DNA from: an uncultured Candidatus Saccharibacteria bacterium
Lineage (GTDB): Bacteria > Patescibacteriota > Minisyncoccia > Minisyncoccales > JANBVM01
NCBI GenBank assembly: GCA_964493485.1
Contig: CAZBMQ010000003.1
Span: 8,468-72,467, forward strand
Direction: 5' to 3'
Length of the DNA: 64,000 nucleotides
In this document: in pieces, positions 17,521-31,158 of the stretch
Numbering within the stretch: position 1 is the first letter of the stretch
How the letters are laid out: the number at the start of each line of letters is the position of its first letter
Position numbers and translations under genes: made by a program
The notes under the pieces: generated by a model
What the model was told of the DNA's origin: nothing
What the model saw: only the letters and a program-made list of their open reading frames with translations
Databases searched by the model: none

Positions 17521-19716
17521 TTATACTGCCTGCCACTCGTCATTTTCATCTTGATATTCTTGAAAATCTCCTGAGGAATTTTCATCAGATTCAGAGATAT
17601 AAATCTCTCTAGGTTTTGCTCCCCTACTAGGGCCTACCACTCCTTTTTCTTCAAGCATATCTATTATCCTAGCAGCTCTAGCATAACCTATTCTCAATTT
17701 TCTCTGTAAGAGAGAGGCTGATGCTCTTCTGTATTGCAAAATAACTCTTTTTGCTTCTTCATATAAAGGATCATCTACAGAACCTGTCTCTTCAAACCCA
17801 TCTTGGTGTGCCTCTAAGTCTCTATCTAAAGCCTCTGCCAGGTCCTGTTTTAAAGATTCATCCTCTGAAGCCTCTTCCCCTAAAGCCTCTTCATAGCTTG
17901 ATTTTATCCATTCTACCACCTTCTTTACCTCTTTTTCTGAAACATAAGCTCCTTGTATCCTTTTTGGTTTTACAATCTCATTTGAGATAAAAAGCATATC
18001 CCCCAACCCCAATAATCTTTCAGCACCTGCCATATCAAGGACTGTCCTGGAATCAACCTGAGAAGCAACCTGAAATGTCACTCTTGAGGTAATGTTTGCT
18101 TTTATAAGGCCTGTAATAACCTCTACTGAAGGTCTCTGTGTAGCCACTACTAAATGGATACCAACTGCACGAGCCATCTGAGCCAATCTTACAATTGCAG
18201 TCTCTACATCCCTGCCCTTAGCCACCATTAAATCAGCTAATTCGTCAACAATCAAGACAATATAAGGAAGATACTCGCTTTTATTGTCTAATGCTTTTCT
18301 GTTATAGCTTAGTATGTTTCTTGATTTTTTTTCAGCTAACAACTTAAATCTTCTTTCCATCTCTCCGATCAACCATTTTAAAGCATTTACTGCTCTAGAT
18401 GATTCCACAATTGGGGGACATAAAAGATGAGGAAGTTCATGATAAACTGTAAATTCGACTCTTTTCGGGTCAATTAAAAGAAATTTTAAGGAATCTGGAG
18501 AGTTTCTATAGATTAAAGATAGAATCAGACTGTTTAAAAAAATTGTTTTTCCTGTACCAGTAGAACCTGCAACCAATAAATGGGGCATTCTTTCTAAATT
18601 AGTATAAACAGGGGTCCCTGCAACATCCTTGCCTAAACAGAAAGTTAAATTATATGGAGAATTCTGAAACTGAGGATTTTCTATCAATTCTCTTAAACGA
18701 ACAAAGGATCTTACTTTGTTTGGAACCTCTACACCTACCAAACTCTTTCCTGGTATTGGAGCTTCAATTCTTATAGGATGGGTAGCTAGAGCCAAAGCTA
18801 AATCATTGGCAAGAGAAGTAATTCTTGAAAGTTTTATTCCTTCAGCCGGCTTTAAGGAATATTGAGTGACTGTAGGACCCACACGATAATCTGCCATTTC
18901 TACGGGGATATCAAAACTCTCAAGGGTCTTTTTAATAATTGCCATATTCGTCTCAACATCACCTCCAGAAGGCTTTTCTTTTGTCAGACCCAATAAATCA
19001 AAAGGAGGAGTCTTATAATATTTTTCAAAAACTGAAACTCTTCGCTTTAAAGGTTTTGCTTTAAACTCTAAAGGAGGCTCTTTTATAATTTTTTTCTCTT
19101 TTTTTACAGGCTTAGGTTCAATTGTTTGGGTCTGAAAAGATGGAGCAGAAGAGAATATTTTTTTCATCCAAGAAGACTTCTTTTTTTCTGGTTCAAGAGA
19201 GGGCTTTTCTTTAGAACCAGGTTCTATTAAAAGATGTCGGAAAATTAAACCCCCGCTCAGTAATATAAAGCTAAACACGACCCTTGTTACCCATACATCA
19301 AAAAATTTCAAAAAGGGCCAAGTAAAAATATATCCAATCCATCCACCCTTCATTTCTCCTTGTTTCCAGCTCTCTAAAACTCCTGAAATACCAACGATAC
19401 ATATCAAAATCGCTAATATTAAAGCTTTCAAGACTTCTTTGTATCTTGATTTTAAAAATGCCAAACCTGAAAGCACAAAGATAAAAGGCAGCATAAAAAC
19501 TGCCTTGCCTGTAAGAAGAGAAGAAAAATTAAAAAGAAATTTTCCAGCTATTCCTGCTTTTTCAAAAAAACTCAAAGAAAATATGGCTGCAATGGCAAAG
19601 AATACTACTCCAAAAATATATCTTTTTGTTTCGTCAGATAGAGAAAAGCTGGCAAATTCTCTTTTTTTAGATACTTGCCTTTTATTTTTTTTTCGCTTAT
19701 TCTTTTTCCGGGCCAT
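17521..19716 (-). CDS. ftsK: DNA translocase FtsK/SpoIIIE
   Basis: N-terminal TM segments. Motor domain LLVAGSTGTGKTIFLNS (Walker A) and LIVDELADLM (Walker B). C-terminal winged-helix gamma domain (RRASASLLQRKLRIGYARAARIIDMLEEKGVVGP). Confidence 0.9.
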   Translation of the reverse strand: MARKKNKRKKNKRQVSKKREFASFSLSDETKRYIFGVVFFAIAAIFSLSFFEKAGIAGKFLFNFSSLLTGKAVFMLPFIFVLSGLAFLKSRYKEVLKALILAILICIVGISGVLESWKQGEMKGGWIGYIFTWPFLKFFDVWVTRVVFSFILLSGGLIFRHLLIEPGSKEKPSLEPEKKKSSWMKKIFSSAPSFQTQTIEPKPVKKEKKIIKEPPLEFKAKPLKRRVSVFEKYYKTPPFDLLGLTKEKPSGGDVETNMAIIKKTLESFDIPVEMADYRVGPTVTQYSLKPAEGIKLSRITSLANDLALALATHPIRIEAPIPGKSLVGVEVPNKVRSFVRLRELIENPQFQNSPYNLTFCLGKDVAGTPVYTNLERMPHLLVAGSTGTGKTIFLNSLILSLIYRNSPDSLKFLLIDPKRVEFTVYHELPHLLCPPIVESSRAVNALKWLIGEMERRFKLLAEKKSRNILSYNRKALDNKSEYLPYIVLIVDELADLMVAKGRDVETAIVRLAQMARAVGIHLVVATQRPSVEVITGLIKANITSRVTFQVASQVDSRTVLDMAGAERLLGLGDMLFISNEIVKPKRIQGAYVSEKEVKKVVEWIKSSYEEALGEEASEDESLKQDLAEALDRDLEAHQDGFEETGSVDDPLYEEAKRVILQYRRASASLLQRKLRIGYARAARIIDMLEEKGVVGPSRGAKPREIYISESDENSSGDFQEYQDENDEWQAV

Positions 19717-19751
19717 ACTCCAAAGCCACTATCTTATTATACATTTTTCCC

Positions 19752-22700
19752 TCAATTCTTGACAAAACCTGTACCTGCAGGAATAAGTTTTCCTATAATC
19801 ACATTTTCCTTCAATCCTCTCAACTTGTCTTCTTTCCCTTCTACTGCAGCTTTAATCAAAACCCTTGAAGTCTCTTGGAAAGAAGCAGCTGACAAGAAAG
19901 AATCTGTAGTCAATGCCACCTTAGAAATACCTAATAACAGTGAAGTGCCTGTGGCAAATTTTGCATCTTTGCCTTTTTCCCGTTTCAATTTTAGATTTTC
20001 TTCTATAAACCTTGCTCTTTCAACAATCTCGCCTGGAGTAAATGGAGTTTCACCAGGATCCTTTATCTTTACCCTAGAGAACATCTGTCTTACAATAATC
20101 TCTAAATGTTTATCGTGAATCTGAACTCCTTGAGAAACATATATCTTTTGAATTTCTTTTATTATATATCTCCAGGTCTCTTCCTTATTTGTCAACTTAA
20201 ACAGCCTTCTTACATCTAAACTTCCCTCACAAAGCTGCTGCCCTTTTCTTACTGTTTGGCCCGGTTTTACCCAAATTGCTAAGTCTGGAGGAATTTGATA
20301 TTCCAAAATTTCATCTTTTTTCTTTCGTTTTGCACCTTCAACCTTTATCTTTATCACTTTGTCTGGAGTAATCTCTACCACCTTTCCATCAGTTAAAGAC
20401 ATAACAGCCTTTCCTTTAGGAACCCTTACTTCAAATAACTCTTGTACCCTTGGTAAACCAAAGGTAATATCTCCTCCTCCAGCTACTCCTCCAGTATGAA
20501 ATGTTCTCATTGTCAACTGTGTTCCAGGCTCCCCAATAGCTTGAGCCGCTACAATACCTACTGCTTCCCCTAATTTTATCAATTGATTATTCCCGAGATC
20601 CCAACCATAACATTTTTGACATACGCCTCTAACATTCTTGCATCTCAGAGGAGAACGAACCCTTACCTTCTCCACACCACTATCAATTATCTCTTTTCCT
20701 TTCTGCCAGTCTATTATCTCATCTTTTTTACAGATTACTTTTGAACCTGTACCTCTGGGAGTTTTTATGTCTTCTAAACATACCCTTCCAACAATCTTTA
20801 AAAGAAAATCCTGTCCAATATCATCTGCATCTTCTCTGAATATCTCAATACCAGTTTTATCTTTGCAGTCTTCTTCTGAAATTATCACATCATGAGAAAC
20901 ATCAATCAATCTTCTTGTTAAATATCCTGCACTAGAGGTTCTTAAAGCTTTATCTGCTGTACCTTTTCTTGCACCGTGCGTAGAAATGAAATATTCAAGA
21001 GGGGTAAATCCTTCTTTATATGAACTCTTAACTGGAAGCTCTATAATATCACCTATCGGATTAATAACCAAGCCCTTCATTCCACACATCTGTACAGACT
21101 GAGTCCAAGATCCTTTTGCACCAGCATTAATCATTTGAAATACAGATCCTCTTTTCGGAAGAGCCTCTGGCACCTCTTTTTCTATTTCCGACTTAGCTCT
21201 ACTCCATATACTAATTATTTTCACTATTCTTTCTTCATTAGTGAGAAGACCTTTTTCAAAATAACTTTCAACCTTTTCTTCTTCCTTTTCAGCTTGCTCT
21301 AAAATTTTCTTTTTTGCCTCAGGTATCACCAAATCATCTATACCCCAGGTGATTCCAGCTAATGTTGAATACTCAAATCCTAAATCTTTTATTTTATCCA
21401 AAGTATCCTCTACTACTTCTATTGGATATTTTTCAATAATATCTGCAACAATCTTTTTTAAATCTTTTAGTTTAATCAACTTATTCTGAAAAGGAAAATC
21501 TTCAGGAAGAGCTTCATTGAAAAGAATTCTTCCTACAGAAGTCTCCACAAAATCAGTATTTTTAGCTTTTAAATTAGATTTTAAAGTGTTTGCTCTTACT
21601 TTAATCTTTGCCTTTATGTTTATTTCACCAAACTCATGCGCTAAAATTGCTTCATTCGGGTTCCCAAAAATCTTCCCCTCTCCTTTCAAACCTTCCCAAA
21701 TATCAGTAAGCCAATAGCATCCTAAAATAATGTCCTGATAGAGGGTAACAATAGGCATTCCTGTAGCTGGTTTCAGAATATTTAAGCCAGCCAGCATTCT
21801 TTCTTTTGCTTCTTTTTGCGCCATATTTGAGAGAGGTACATGCACAGCCATTTGGTCGCCATCAAAATCAGCATTGAATGCCTTACAAATCATTGGATGA
21901 ATTCTTATTGCTTCACCCTCGATTAATTTAGGATAAAAAGCTTGAATGCCTAATCTGTGCAAAGTAGGAGCCCTATTTAATAGAATTAACTTCTTCTTTA
22001 CTACTTCTTCCAAACATTCCCAAACCTCATCTGTTTCTTCGTCAATCAACCTTGATGCGCCTCTCACATTATATGCAAGCTCTCTTTCTAAAAGCTTTTT
22101 AATTACAAATGGCTTAAAGAGTTCCAAAGCCATTTTCTTTGGCAAACCTACTTCATTGAATTTTAACTCAGGACCAACACATATCACTGACCTACCAGAA
22201 TAATCAACTCTTTTACCTAACAGATTCTGCCTGAATCTACCTTGTTTTCCTTTAAGCATATCTGCTAAAGATTTCAGCAATCTTCTTCCTCCTGTGGTAG
22301 CCCTGGTTGTAGTTCCTCTTCTCATTCCATTATCAATTAAAGAATCAACAGCTTCTTGTAGCATTCTTTTTTCATTTCTCACAATTACCTCTGGTGCTCC
22401 TATCTCTAGAAGATATTTTAATCTATTATTTCGATTAATCACTCTTCTATATAAATCGTTTAAATCAGAAGAAGCATATCTGCCTCCATCTAGCTGAACC
22501 ATTGGTCTTAAAGCAGGGGGTAAAACAGGCAGGACTGTCAAAAACATCCATTCAGGACGAATATTGGCTCTTTTCATTGCCTGAAAGAGTTTTAACCTTC
22601 TTAATGTCTTTTTTCTCTTCTGCACAGAGATTTCTTTTAGTTCTTTTTTTAATTCCTTAATTTTTTGGTCTAAATTTATTTTCTTGAAAATAGATCTTAA

Positions 22701-23384
22701 TGTCTCTGCTCCAGTCCCAGCTTCAAATACCTCTCCATATTTCAAAGAAAATTCTCGGTATTCAACTTCGTTCAATATCTTCAAGGGCTTAATCGACATT
22801 AACTCTTCTTTTGCTTTGGTTTTCGCCAATTTTAAATCTCTAAGCTGGTTGTTTAGAGCTCTTTGTGCAGTTTTTGTCTTTTCTTTTGCAAGTTCAGATT
22901 TTATCTTTTTAACTTTTCTTTTGTACTCTTTCTCAATTCTTTCTAAAATATTCTTTTTTGCTTCCTCATTCACCTCAGTAATAATATAAGAAGAGAAATA
23001 AATCACTTTCTCCAATTTCTGCATTGGAATATCAAGAACCATTCCTATCCTTGAAGGAATTCCTTTCAAAAACCAAATATGAGACACAGGAGCTGCTAAT
23101 TTAATATGCCCCATTCTTTGTCTTCTTACAGAAGACTTTGTCACCTCTACACCGCATCTATCGCAAACTATACCTTTATATCTGATTCTTTTATATTTCC
23201 CGCAATAGCATTGATAATCCTTCTCAGGACCGAATATCTTCTGACAGAATAATCCATCCTTTTCTGCTCTCTGTGTCCTATAATTGATGGTTTCAGGTTT
23301 TGTGACCTCACCATGACTCCACGAAAGAATCTCTTCGGGTGAGGCAATTTTTATTCTAATTGCTTCTAAATTTTCAACTTTCAT
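19752..23384 (-). CDS. rpoC: DNA-directed RNA polymerase subunit beta'
   Basis: Zn-finger CxxC...CxxC near the N-terminus, catalytic NADFDGDQM, 1210 aa. Confidence 0.95.
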   Translation of the reverse strand: MKVENLEAIRIKIASPEEILSWSHGEVTKPETINYRTQRAEKDGLFCQKIFGPEKDYQCYCGKYKRIRYKGIVCDRCGVEVTKSSVRRQRMGHIKLAAPVSHIWFLKGIPSRIGMVLDIPMQKLEKVIYFSSYIITEVNEEAKKNILERIEKEYKRKVKKIKSELAKEKTKTAQRALNNQLRDLKLAKTKAKEELMSIKPLKILNEVEYREFSLKYGEVFEAGTGAETLRSIFKKINLDQKIKELKKELKEISVQKRKKTLRRLKLFQAMKRANIRPEWMFLTVLPVLPPALRPMVQLDGGRYASSDLNDLYRRVINRNNRLKYLLEIGAPEVIVRNEKRMLQEAVDSLIDNGMRRGTTTRATTGGRRLLKSLADMLKGKQGRFRQNLLGKRVDYSGRSVICVGPELKFNEVGLPKKMALELFKPFVIKKLLERELAYNVRGASRLIDEETDEVWECLEEVVKKKLILLNRAPTLHRLGIQAFYPKLIEGEAIRIHPMICKAFNADFDGDQMAVHVPLSNMAQKEAKERMLAGLNILKPATGMPIVTLYQDIILGCYWLTDIWEGLKGEGKIFGNPNEAILAHEFGEINIKAKIKVRANTLKSNLKAKNTDFVETSVGRILFNEALPEDFPFQNKLIKLKDLKKIVADIIEKYPIEVVEDTLDKIKDLGFEYSTLAGITWGIDDLVIPEAKKKILEQAEKEEEKVESYFEKGLLTNEERIVKIISIWSRAKSEIEKEVPEALPKRGSVFQMINAGAKGSWTQSVQMCGMKGLVINPIGDIIELPVKSSYKEGFTPLEYFISTHGARKGTADKALRTSSAGYLTRRLIDVSHDVIISEEDCKDKTGIEIFREDADDIGQDFLLKIVGRVCLEDIKTPRGTGSKVICKKDEIIDWQKGKEIIDSGVEKVRVRSPLRCKNVRGVCQKCYGWDLGNNQLIKLGEAVGIVAAQAIGEPGTQLTMRTFHTGGVAGGGDITFGLPRVQELFEVRVPKGKAVMSLTDGKVVEITPDKVIKIKVEGAKRKKKDEILEYQIPPDLAIWVKPGQTVRKGQQLCEGSLDVRRLFKLTNKEETWRYIIKEIQKIYVSQGVQIHDKHLEIIVRQMFSRVKIKDPGETPFTPGEIVERARFIEENLKLKREKGKDAKFATGTSLLLGISKVALTTDSFLSAASFQETSRVLIKAAVEGKEDKLRGLKENVIIGKLIPAGTGFVKN

Positions 23385-23415
23385 AGTTGATATAAATCAA
23401 TTTTATATTAAATTT

Positions 23416-26400
23416 TTAAGATTTTTCTTCTTCTCTTTTTTCTTTTTCTTTAACTTCAACGCTTAAACCTAATGCTTTTAATTCATTGACCAAAAGATTA
23501 AATGAAGCCGGAATATTGGGTTCTTTGATGTCTTCTCCTTTTAATATAGCTTCATAAGCAGCTGCTCTTCCTGGTACATCATCAGATTTTATAGTCAACA
23601 TCTCTTGAAGACTATGAGCTGCCCCATAACCCTCCAAAGCCCAAACCTCCATCTCTCCAAACCTCTGTCCCCCAAATTGCGCTTTTCCTCCTAACGGCTG
23701 CTGGGTAATTAAAGAATAAGGACCAATAGAACGCATGTGGATTTTATCTTCTACCATATGTATTAATTTCATCATATAGATATAACCTACTGTAATCTTT
23801 TCTGGGAATGGAAGTCCTGTTCTTCCATCGAAAAGCTGCATCTTTCCGTCTTCAGAAAATCCTGCTCTTTTCAACTCTGCTTTTACGTCTTCTTCTGTGG
23901 CACCGGAAAGAGCAGGGGTTATAGCATGATACCCCAAAGTTTTTGCCGCTAAACCAAGATGTGTTTCTAAAACCTGGCCCAGGTTCATTCTTGAAACCAC
24001 ACTCAAAGGATTAATAATAATATCTACTGGCGTACCATCTTCTAAAAACGGCATTTCTTCTATTGGCAGGACTTTAGATATAACTCCTTTGTTTCCGTGT
24101 CTACCTGCCAGCTTATCACCAGCCTGTATCTTTCTTATATGAGCTATCTCTACTTCAATTCTTTTTATAACGCCTGGCTCAAGCTTGTGTCCTAATTCTC
24201 TTGAAAATATTTTAACATCTATCACTCTCCCTCTTTTACCGTGCTCCATCCTTAAAGAAGTATCTTTTACCTCTTTTGCTTTCTCACCAAAGATTGCTCT
24301 CAGCAATCTCTCTTCCGGAGTTAATTCTGCCTTTCCTTTTGGAGATATTTTTCCAACCAAAATATCATTTGGACCTACCTCAGCTCCTATCCTGATAATT
24401 CCCTCTTCGTCTAAATCTTTTAATTTTTCTTCTGAAACATTAGGAATATCACTGGTTGTTATCTCTGGTCCTAGTTTGGTTTCTCTAACATCACAACTAA
24501 AATTCTCTATATGAATAGATGTGTATACATCATCCCGTACTAATCTTTCAGAGATTAAAACAGCATCTTCAAAACTCCCTCCTCGCCAGGGAATAAAAGC
24601 AACCAAAATATTTCTACCAAGAGCTAAATGGCCCTTTGCTATTGCTCCTCCATCAGTCAATACATCTCCTTTCTTTACAATTTGACCCTTCTTTACTATT
24701 GGCTTCTGATGAAAACAAGTGTATTGATTTGTTCTTATAAAACTCCTTAGCTTATATTCTATTATCTTATTAGAATTTTTTGTCTTGATTTTAATATGAG
24801 TAGCGTCTACTTCAACAACTTTTCCGTCTTCTTCGCAAATAATCGCTCTCCCAGAATCCTCAGCTACTCTTTTTTCTAATCCTGTCATTACCAATGGTGG
24901 GTCACCATTAATCAGCGGCACTGCCTGTCTCTGCATATTCGAACCCATCAATGCTCTTGTTGCATCGTCATTCTGTAAAAATGGAATCAATCCTGTGGCA
25001 ATAGAAATAGCCTGCTCTGGAGAAATATCAATAAAATCAAGATCTTTTTTATCTACTATGTCTGGTTTTCCTTTTACTCTTGCCTCTACCCTCTTTGGAA
25101 TAATATTATTGTTTTTGTCTATAGGAATAATACCTGAACCTATAATATGTTTCTCTTCCTCATAAGCATTAAGGTATTGAATCTTGGAAGTAATCTTTCC
25201 ATTTTCCACTTTAAGATAAGGTGTTTCCAAAAAACCATATGGATTTATTCTAGCAAAACTTGCCAAATGTCCGACCAGTCCAATGTTTGGACCTTCTGGA
25301 GTCTGAATTGGACAAATCCTACCGTAATGGGAAGGCTGTACATCTCTCACTTCAAAACCAGCTCTTTCTCTTGTTAATCCTCCGGGACCTGTAGCAGAAA
25401 CCCTTCTCTTATGTTCAAGTTCAGCCAAAGGATTTTGATTATCCATAAACTGGGACATCTGACTTGAGATGAAGAATTGCTTCACCACCACCATCACAGG
25501 CTTTGGATTTATCAGCTGGGTAGGAGTCAATGTATGAATATCCAAGGTAGACATCCTGTCTCTGGCAATTCTTTCCAATCTCATAAATCCTACTCTTAAT
25601 CTGTTAATCAATAATTCTGTAAATGGCCTTACTCTTCTATTTCCTAAGTGGTCAATCTGGTCAGGTTTTGCTTCGGGATCGTTATTTAACCTTATTATCT
25701 CTCTTATAACCGCTACAACATCTTCTAGCTTTAAAACTCTATCTTGAATTGTAATTTCTTTGTCTAAGTTATAAGAATCTTTATTTTTTGGATCTCTTGG
25801 TCTTAATTCAGGGAGTCGAGACCACATTCTCCATCTTCCTACTTTTGACAAGTCATATCTTTCGAAATTAAAGAACATGTTTTCTATTAACTCTCTTGCT
25901 GTATCAGGTGTAGCCATATCTCCAGGTCTCAATCTTTGATAAATCTCAACCAAAGCTTCTGCTTGATTGTGTGTTAAGTCTTTCTTTAGGGTCTCTTTGA
26001 TATAATCTATTTCTCCCTTATTTACATCTTGAAATTTCTCTTTAATATCTTGGTCATTATCAATCCCGAATGCCCTCAATAAAGTAGTAGCTGCCACCTT
26101 TCTTTTTCTATCTATCTTTACCCCTATTGCTCCTGATAAATCTGTTTGAAATTCCAGCCAGGAACCCCTATTAGGAATAATCTTTGCCCCAAAGCAATTT
26201 CTCCCGGCAATTCTCTTCAGAGTAAAGAATGCGCCGGGAGAACGAATTAATTGAGAGATTGCAACCCTTTCTACTCCATTTACAACAAAAGTTCCCCTTT
26301 CTGTTTGTAAGGGGAAATCGCATAAAAAAACCTCCTGCTCTTTTACCTCCTTAGTTTTCAGGTTGACCAATCTTGTCTTTACAATAAGAGGAGCTTCATA

Positions 26401-26643
26401 AGAATCATTGTTCTTCTTTGCCTCTAGGTCTGTCTTATATTTCGGCTCTCCCAACTTATAATCTAAAAACCATAACTCAAACTCTTTTTTTGTATAGTCC
26501 CGAATAGGAGAAATTTCTTTAAATAATTCCTTTAAATCTCTCTCCCAAAACTTTTTCCAACTTTCTTTTTGGAGTCCTAATAAATATGGTAACTCTAAGA
26601 AAATTTTTGCTTTTCTAAAATCTTTGGTTTTTATTTTTTCCAT
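23416..26643 (-). CDS. rpoB: DNA-directed RNA polymerase subunit beta
   Basis: Conserved blocks incl. GEMEVWALEGYGAAHSLQE, 1075 aa, immediately upstream of rpoC. Confidence 0.95.
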   Translation of the reverse strand: MEKIKTKDFRKAKIFLELPYLLGLQKESWKKFWERDLKELFKEISPIRDYTKKEFELWFLDYKLGEPKYKTDLEAKKNNDSYEAPLIVKTRLVNLKTKEVKEQEVFLCDFPLQTERGTFVVNGVERVAISQLIRSPGAFFTLKRIAGRNCFGAKIIPNRGSWLEFQTDLSGAIGVKIDRKRKVAATTLLRAFGIDNDQDIKEKFQDVNKGEIDYIKETLKKDLTHNQAEALVEIYQRLRPGDMATPDTARELIENMFFNFERYDLSKVGRWRMWSRLPELRPRDPKNKDSYNLDKEITIQDRVLKLEDVVAVIREIIRLNNDPEAKPDQIDHLGNRRVRPFTELLINRLRVGFMRLERIARDRMSTLDIHTLTPTQLINPKPVMVVVKQFFISSQMSQFMDNQNPLAELEHKRRVSATGPGGLTRERAGFEVRDVQPSHYGRICPIQTPEGPNIGLVGHLASFARINPYGFLETPYLKVENGKITSKIQYLNAYEEEKHIIGSGIIPIDKNNNIIPKRVEARVKGKPDIVDKKDLDFIDISPEQAISIATGLIPFLQNDDATRALMGSNMQRQAVPLINGDPPLVMTGLEKRVAEDSGRAIICEEDGKVVEVDATHIKIKTKNSNKIIEYKLRSFIRTNQYTCFHQKPIVKKGQIVKKGDVLTDGGAIAKGHLALGRNILVAFIPWRGGSFEDAVLISERLVRDDVYTSIHIENFSCDVRETKLGPEITTSDIPNVSEEKLKDLDEEGIIRIGAEVGPNDILVGKISPKGKAELTPEERLLRAIFGEKAKEVKDTSLRMEHGKRGRVIDVKIFSRELGHKLEPGVIKRIEVEIAHIRKIQAGDKLAGRHGNKGVISKVLPIEEMPFLEDGTPVDIIINPLSVVSRMNLGQVLETHLGLAAKTLGYHAITPALSGATEEDVKAELKRAGFSEDGKMQLFDGRTGLPFPEKITVGYIYMMKLIHMVEDKIHMRSIGPYSLITQQPLGGKAQFGGQRFGEMEVWALEGYGAAHSLQEMLTIKSDDVPGRAAAYEAILKGEDIKEPNIPASFNLLVNELKALGLSVEVKEKEKREEEKS

Positions 26644-26898
26644 AATATTTATTATCGGCAGATACCGATTTCAAAATAAAAATAGCTTCTTTTTGTCTTT
26701 AATATATTTTGGAATAGACAAAAAGACCCCCTAAGAATATTAGGGCAACCTTAAAACAAATTATTTCTAGTAGAGGATAGAATTAATCAAATATTTGCTA
26801 ATCAAATAATATTAATAAAGGTTATATGTATAACTTTACTCTTTTTAAAAATTTTGTCAACCCCTCTATAGAATTTTTTGATTTTTGCAATCAAAAAA

Positions 26899-27996
26899 CT
26901 ATTCACTTCTTTTTATGCTTTGCAGGATACCCAATCCTATAAACATAGTCAAAAGACCTGACCCCCCATAACTGATGAAAGGAAGAGAAATACCAATGAT
27001 AGGGAGAATTCCTAAATTCATGCCAATATGTATAAATACTTGGGAAAGCAATAAAATAGCAAATCCTAAAGCAAAAAGACGGGAGAAATTCGACCTGCTT
27101 TCACCTGCAATTTTTAAAATCCTCCAAATCAATATCAAAAACAAAGAAAGCAGAATGCCAACTCCAATTAAACCGGTAGATTCTGCAATAACAGAAAAAC
27201 TAAAGTCTGTAACGGGTTCTGGCAGAAATCCATATTTTGTTTGAGAACCTCCCTTTATCCCCTGGCCAAATATCCTGCCTGAGCCAATAGCAATCTTTGC
27301 CTGTCTCTGACTCCACCCAACGCTTAAAGGATCGGACAGTTGAGGTCTTATAAAACTTAAAATCCTTTGTTTTTGATAATCTTTTAAAATGCTTGACCAA
27401 CCGAAAATAAAAACTAAAATTCCGCAAAGAATTAATATTAAAAAATGACGCAACTTAATTCCCGAAACAAGCAACATGCCTATCCATAAACTCACCAAGA
27501 TTAAAACAGAACCTAAGTCTGGCTGAAAGAAAACCAAAATAGAAGGAATGAACACATACAAACCAGAAATTAAAATATGAATGACACGATACATTTCAAT
27601 GTGTCTGTTTGAGAAATACTTTGCCAGTAATATAATCATAACAATTTTTGTCAGTTCAATTGGATCAAAAGACATAAATCCTATCTTATACCAGGACTTT
27701 ACTCCCCTTATCTCCGGGGCAAAAAAGAACAATCCTGCCAGCAAAATTATACAAAAGAAATAAAAAAATAAAATAATATGAGTTTCTTGTTTTAAAAATC
27801 TCCAATCAAAAAAACTAATTAAAAACATTAAAAAAAACCCTATAAATAAAAAAATTATCTGTTTTTTAAAAACCACTAGTTCTTCGTCTAACCTAGAAGA
27901 ATTATAAATAGAAAGAAGTCCGAAACTCACAAGAAATAATACAACAAAAATTAAAATCCAGTCTAATTTTTTAAGATGAAATAAAATTTCTTTCAT
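26899..27996 (-). CDS. SEDS-family peptidoglycan polymerase (FtsW/RodA)
   Basis: About 10 TM segments. Conserved loop GSGRIFGQGIKGGSQTKYGFLPEPVTDFSFSVIAESTGLIG. Confidence 0.8.
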   Translation of the reverse strand: MKEILFHLKKLDWILIFVVLFLVSFGLLSIYNSSRLDEELVVFKKQIIFLFIGFFLMFLISFFDWRFLKQETHIILFFYFFCIILLAGLFFFAPEIRGVKSWYKIGFMSFDPIELTKIVMIILLAKYFSNRHIEMYRVIHILISGLYVFIPSILVFFQPDLGSVLILVSLWIGMLLVSGIKLRHFLILILCGILVFIFGWSSILKDYQKQRILSFIRPQLSDPLSVGWSQRQAKIAIGSGRIFGQGIKGGSQTKYGFLPEPVTDFSFSVIAESTGLIGVGILLSLFLILIWRILKIAGESRSNFSRLFALGFAILLLSQVFIHIGMNLGILPIIGISLPFISYGGSGLLTMFIGLGILQSIKRSE

Positions 27997-28006
27997 TATT
28001 TTAGAA

Positions 28007-30076
<2,070 letters not shown>

Positions 30077-30152
30077 TCAAAATCTAAACACCCAAAAACT
30101 TGTTTGAAAATTTTGGTTATAATACTTTATTTAGAATTTAGAGTTTAAAACA

Positions 30153-30554
30153 TCAATATACCACTTCAATAGCACGGCTTGTGTTTTTATAAGCTCCGAT
30201 AGATTTTATGGTGGTAGTACCAGTAGTGCTGGTAGAAAAAGTTACATCATAGCTTGCCTCATTACTTAGAATAGTAGAGGTAGTATATGGGGCAATCAAA
30301 CCCCTGCAGACAGAAGTACAATATACTGGAGGACTACTTGTTGAACAAGCAGGAGGGTAGCAGCTTTTGTCTTTATACAAAACAGCCTCCACCCCGCTGT
30401 CAGCTGCATAAAAAGCAACTACAGAATAACCAAGTTCTCTTAATGTCTTACTTTGTCTAATAAAAATAATGCTTGTTCCCAAGGCAATGCCCAATACAAA
30501 ACTTAGAATTAAGACAGCAAGCATTATTGATAATCCTTTTTGGTTAATATCCAT
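30153..30554 (-). CDS. PilX-like minor pilin / pilus tip-associated protein (non-canonical N-terminus)
   Basis: N-terminal NQKGLSIMLAVLILSFVLGIALG resembles the PilX_N pattern (QRG..L...AL..L..LG) rather than the G|FTLIE prepilin motif. Last gene of the minor-pilin operon. Ser/Thr-rich C-terminal half. Confidence 0.4.
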   Translation of the reverse strand: MDINQKGLSIMLAVLILSFVLGIALGTSIIFIRQSKTLRELGYSVVAFYAADSGVEAVLYKDKSCYPPACSTSSPPVYCTSVCRGLIAPYTTSTILSNEASYDVTFSTSTTGTTTIKSIGAYKNTSRAIEVVY

Positions 30555-30567
30555 AATTTTTCAAGTT

Positions 30568-31158
30568 TTAATACAAAACATCAAGGTTTCTTTGAGACAC
30601 GGTGGTCTGAAGTTTCACAGCCGGAGAATTGGAAACCCCTCTTTTTTCAATCTCAAAAGAAAGTGTGACTCTTGGCTGATTATCATCATCTTGGTTCTCT
30701 CCATAAATCCTAAATTCAAGCTGCTTTACCTCCAAGTCGTCTGAAGTCAAAAACAAAATTTCTGAACCCCTTTCTTCTTTTATCCTTCCATTCTCTAAAT
30801 AAAAAGAATGACACTGTTCGTTATGGTCTTTAAAGTTTATTCTATGATTAGAATCTTCTAATTCATAATTCACATTGTCTCCAGAAAGACAACTTACTCC
30901 ATCTAAATCATCTTTCAACGCCATTCTTAAAGACCGACTCATATATTCTGCAACATAGGAAGCATTATCAGTAATTTCTCTAAGAATGAGGGCTCTGTTT
31001 TGTCCTTTTAAAGAAGAGACAAAAATGCCGGTTGGAGCAGCAACCAAAATCGCAAATATGGTGACAGCTACTATAAGCTCCACTAAGGTGTATCCTTTTG
31101 TTTTATTTAAACCTTCTGTTAACTCTTTGTTATGTTTATTTTTTGTATTATCTCTCAT
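30568..31158 (-). CDS. Prepilin-type (type IV pilin-like) minor pilin
   Basis: KGYTLVELIVAVTIFAIL, a class III signal with G|Y cleavage site and Glu+5. Confidence 0.7.
   Translation of the reverse strand: MRDNTKNKHNKELTEGLNKTKGYTLVELIVAVTIFAILVAAPTGIFVSSLKGQNRALILREITDNASYVAEYMSRSLRMALKDDLDGVSCLSGDNVNYELEDSNHRINFKDHNEQCHSFYLENGRIKEERGSEILFLTSDDLEVKQLEFRIYGENQDDDNQPRVTLSFEIEKRGVSNSPAVKLQTTVSQRNLDVLY

Noticed and set aside
19675-26643. Numerous 60-150-aa ORFs on the strand opposite to ftsK, rpoC and rpoB (e.g. 20638-20895, 21946-22203, 24185-24514, 25147-25377)
   Set aside because: They are antisense to highly conserved genes and have low-complexity translations; standard shadow ORFs.
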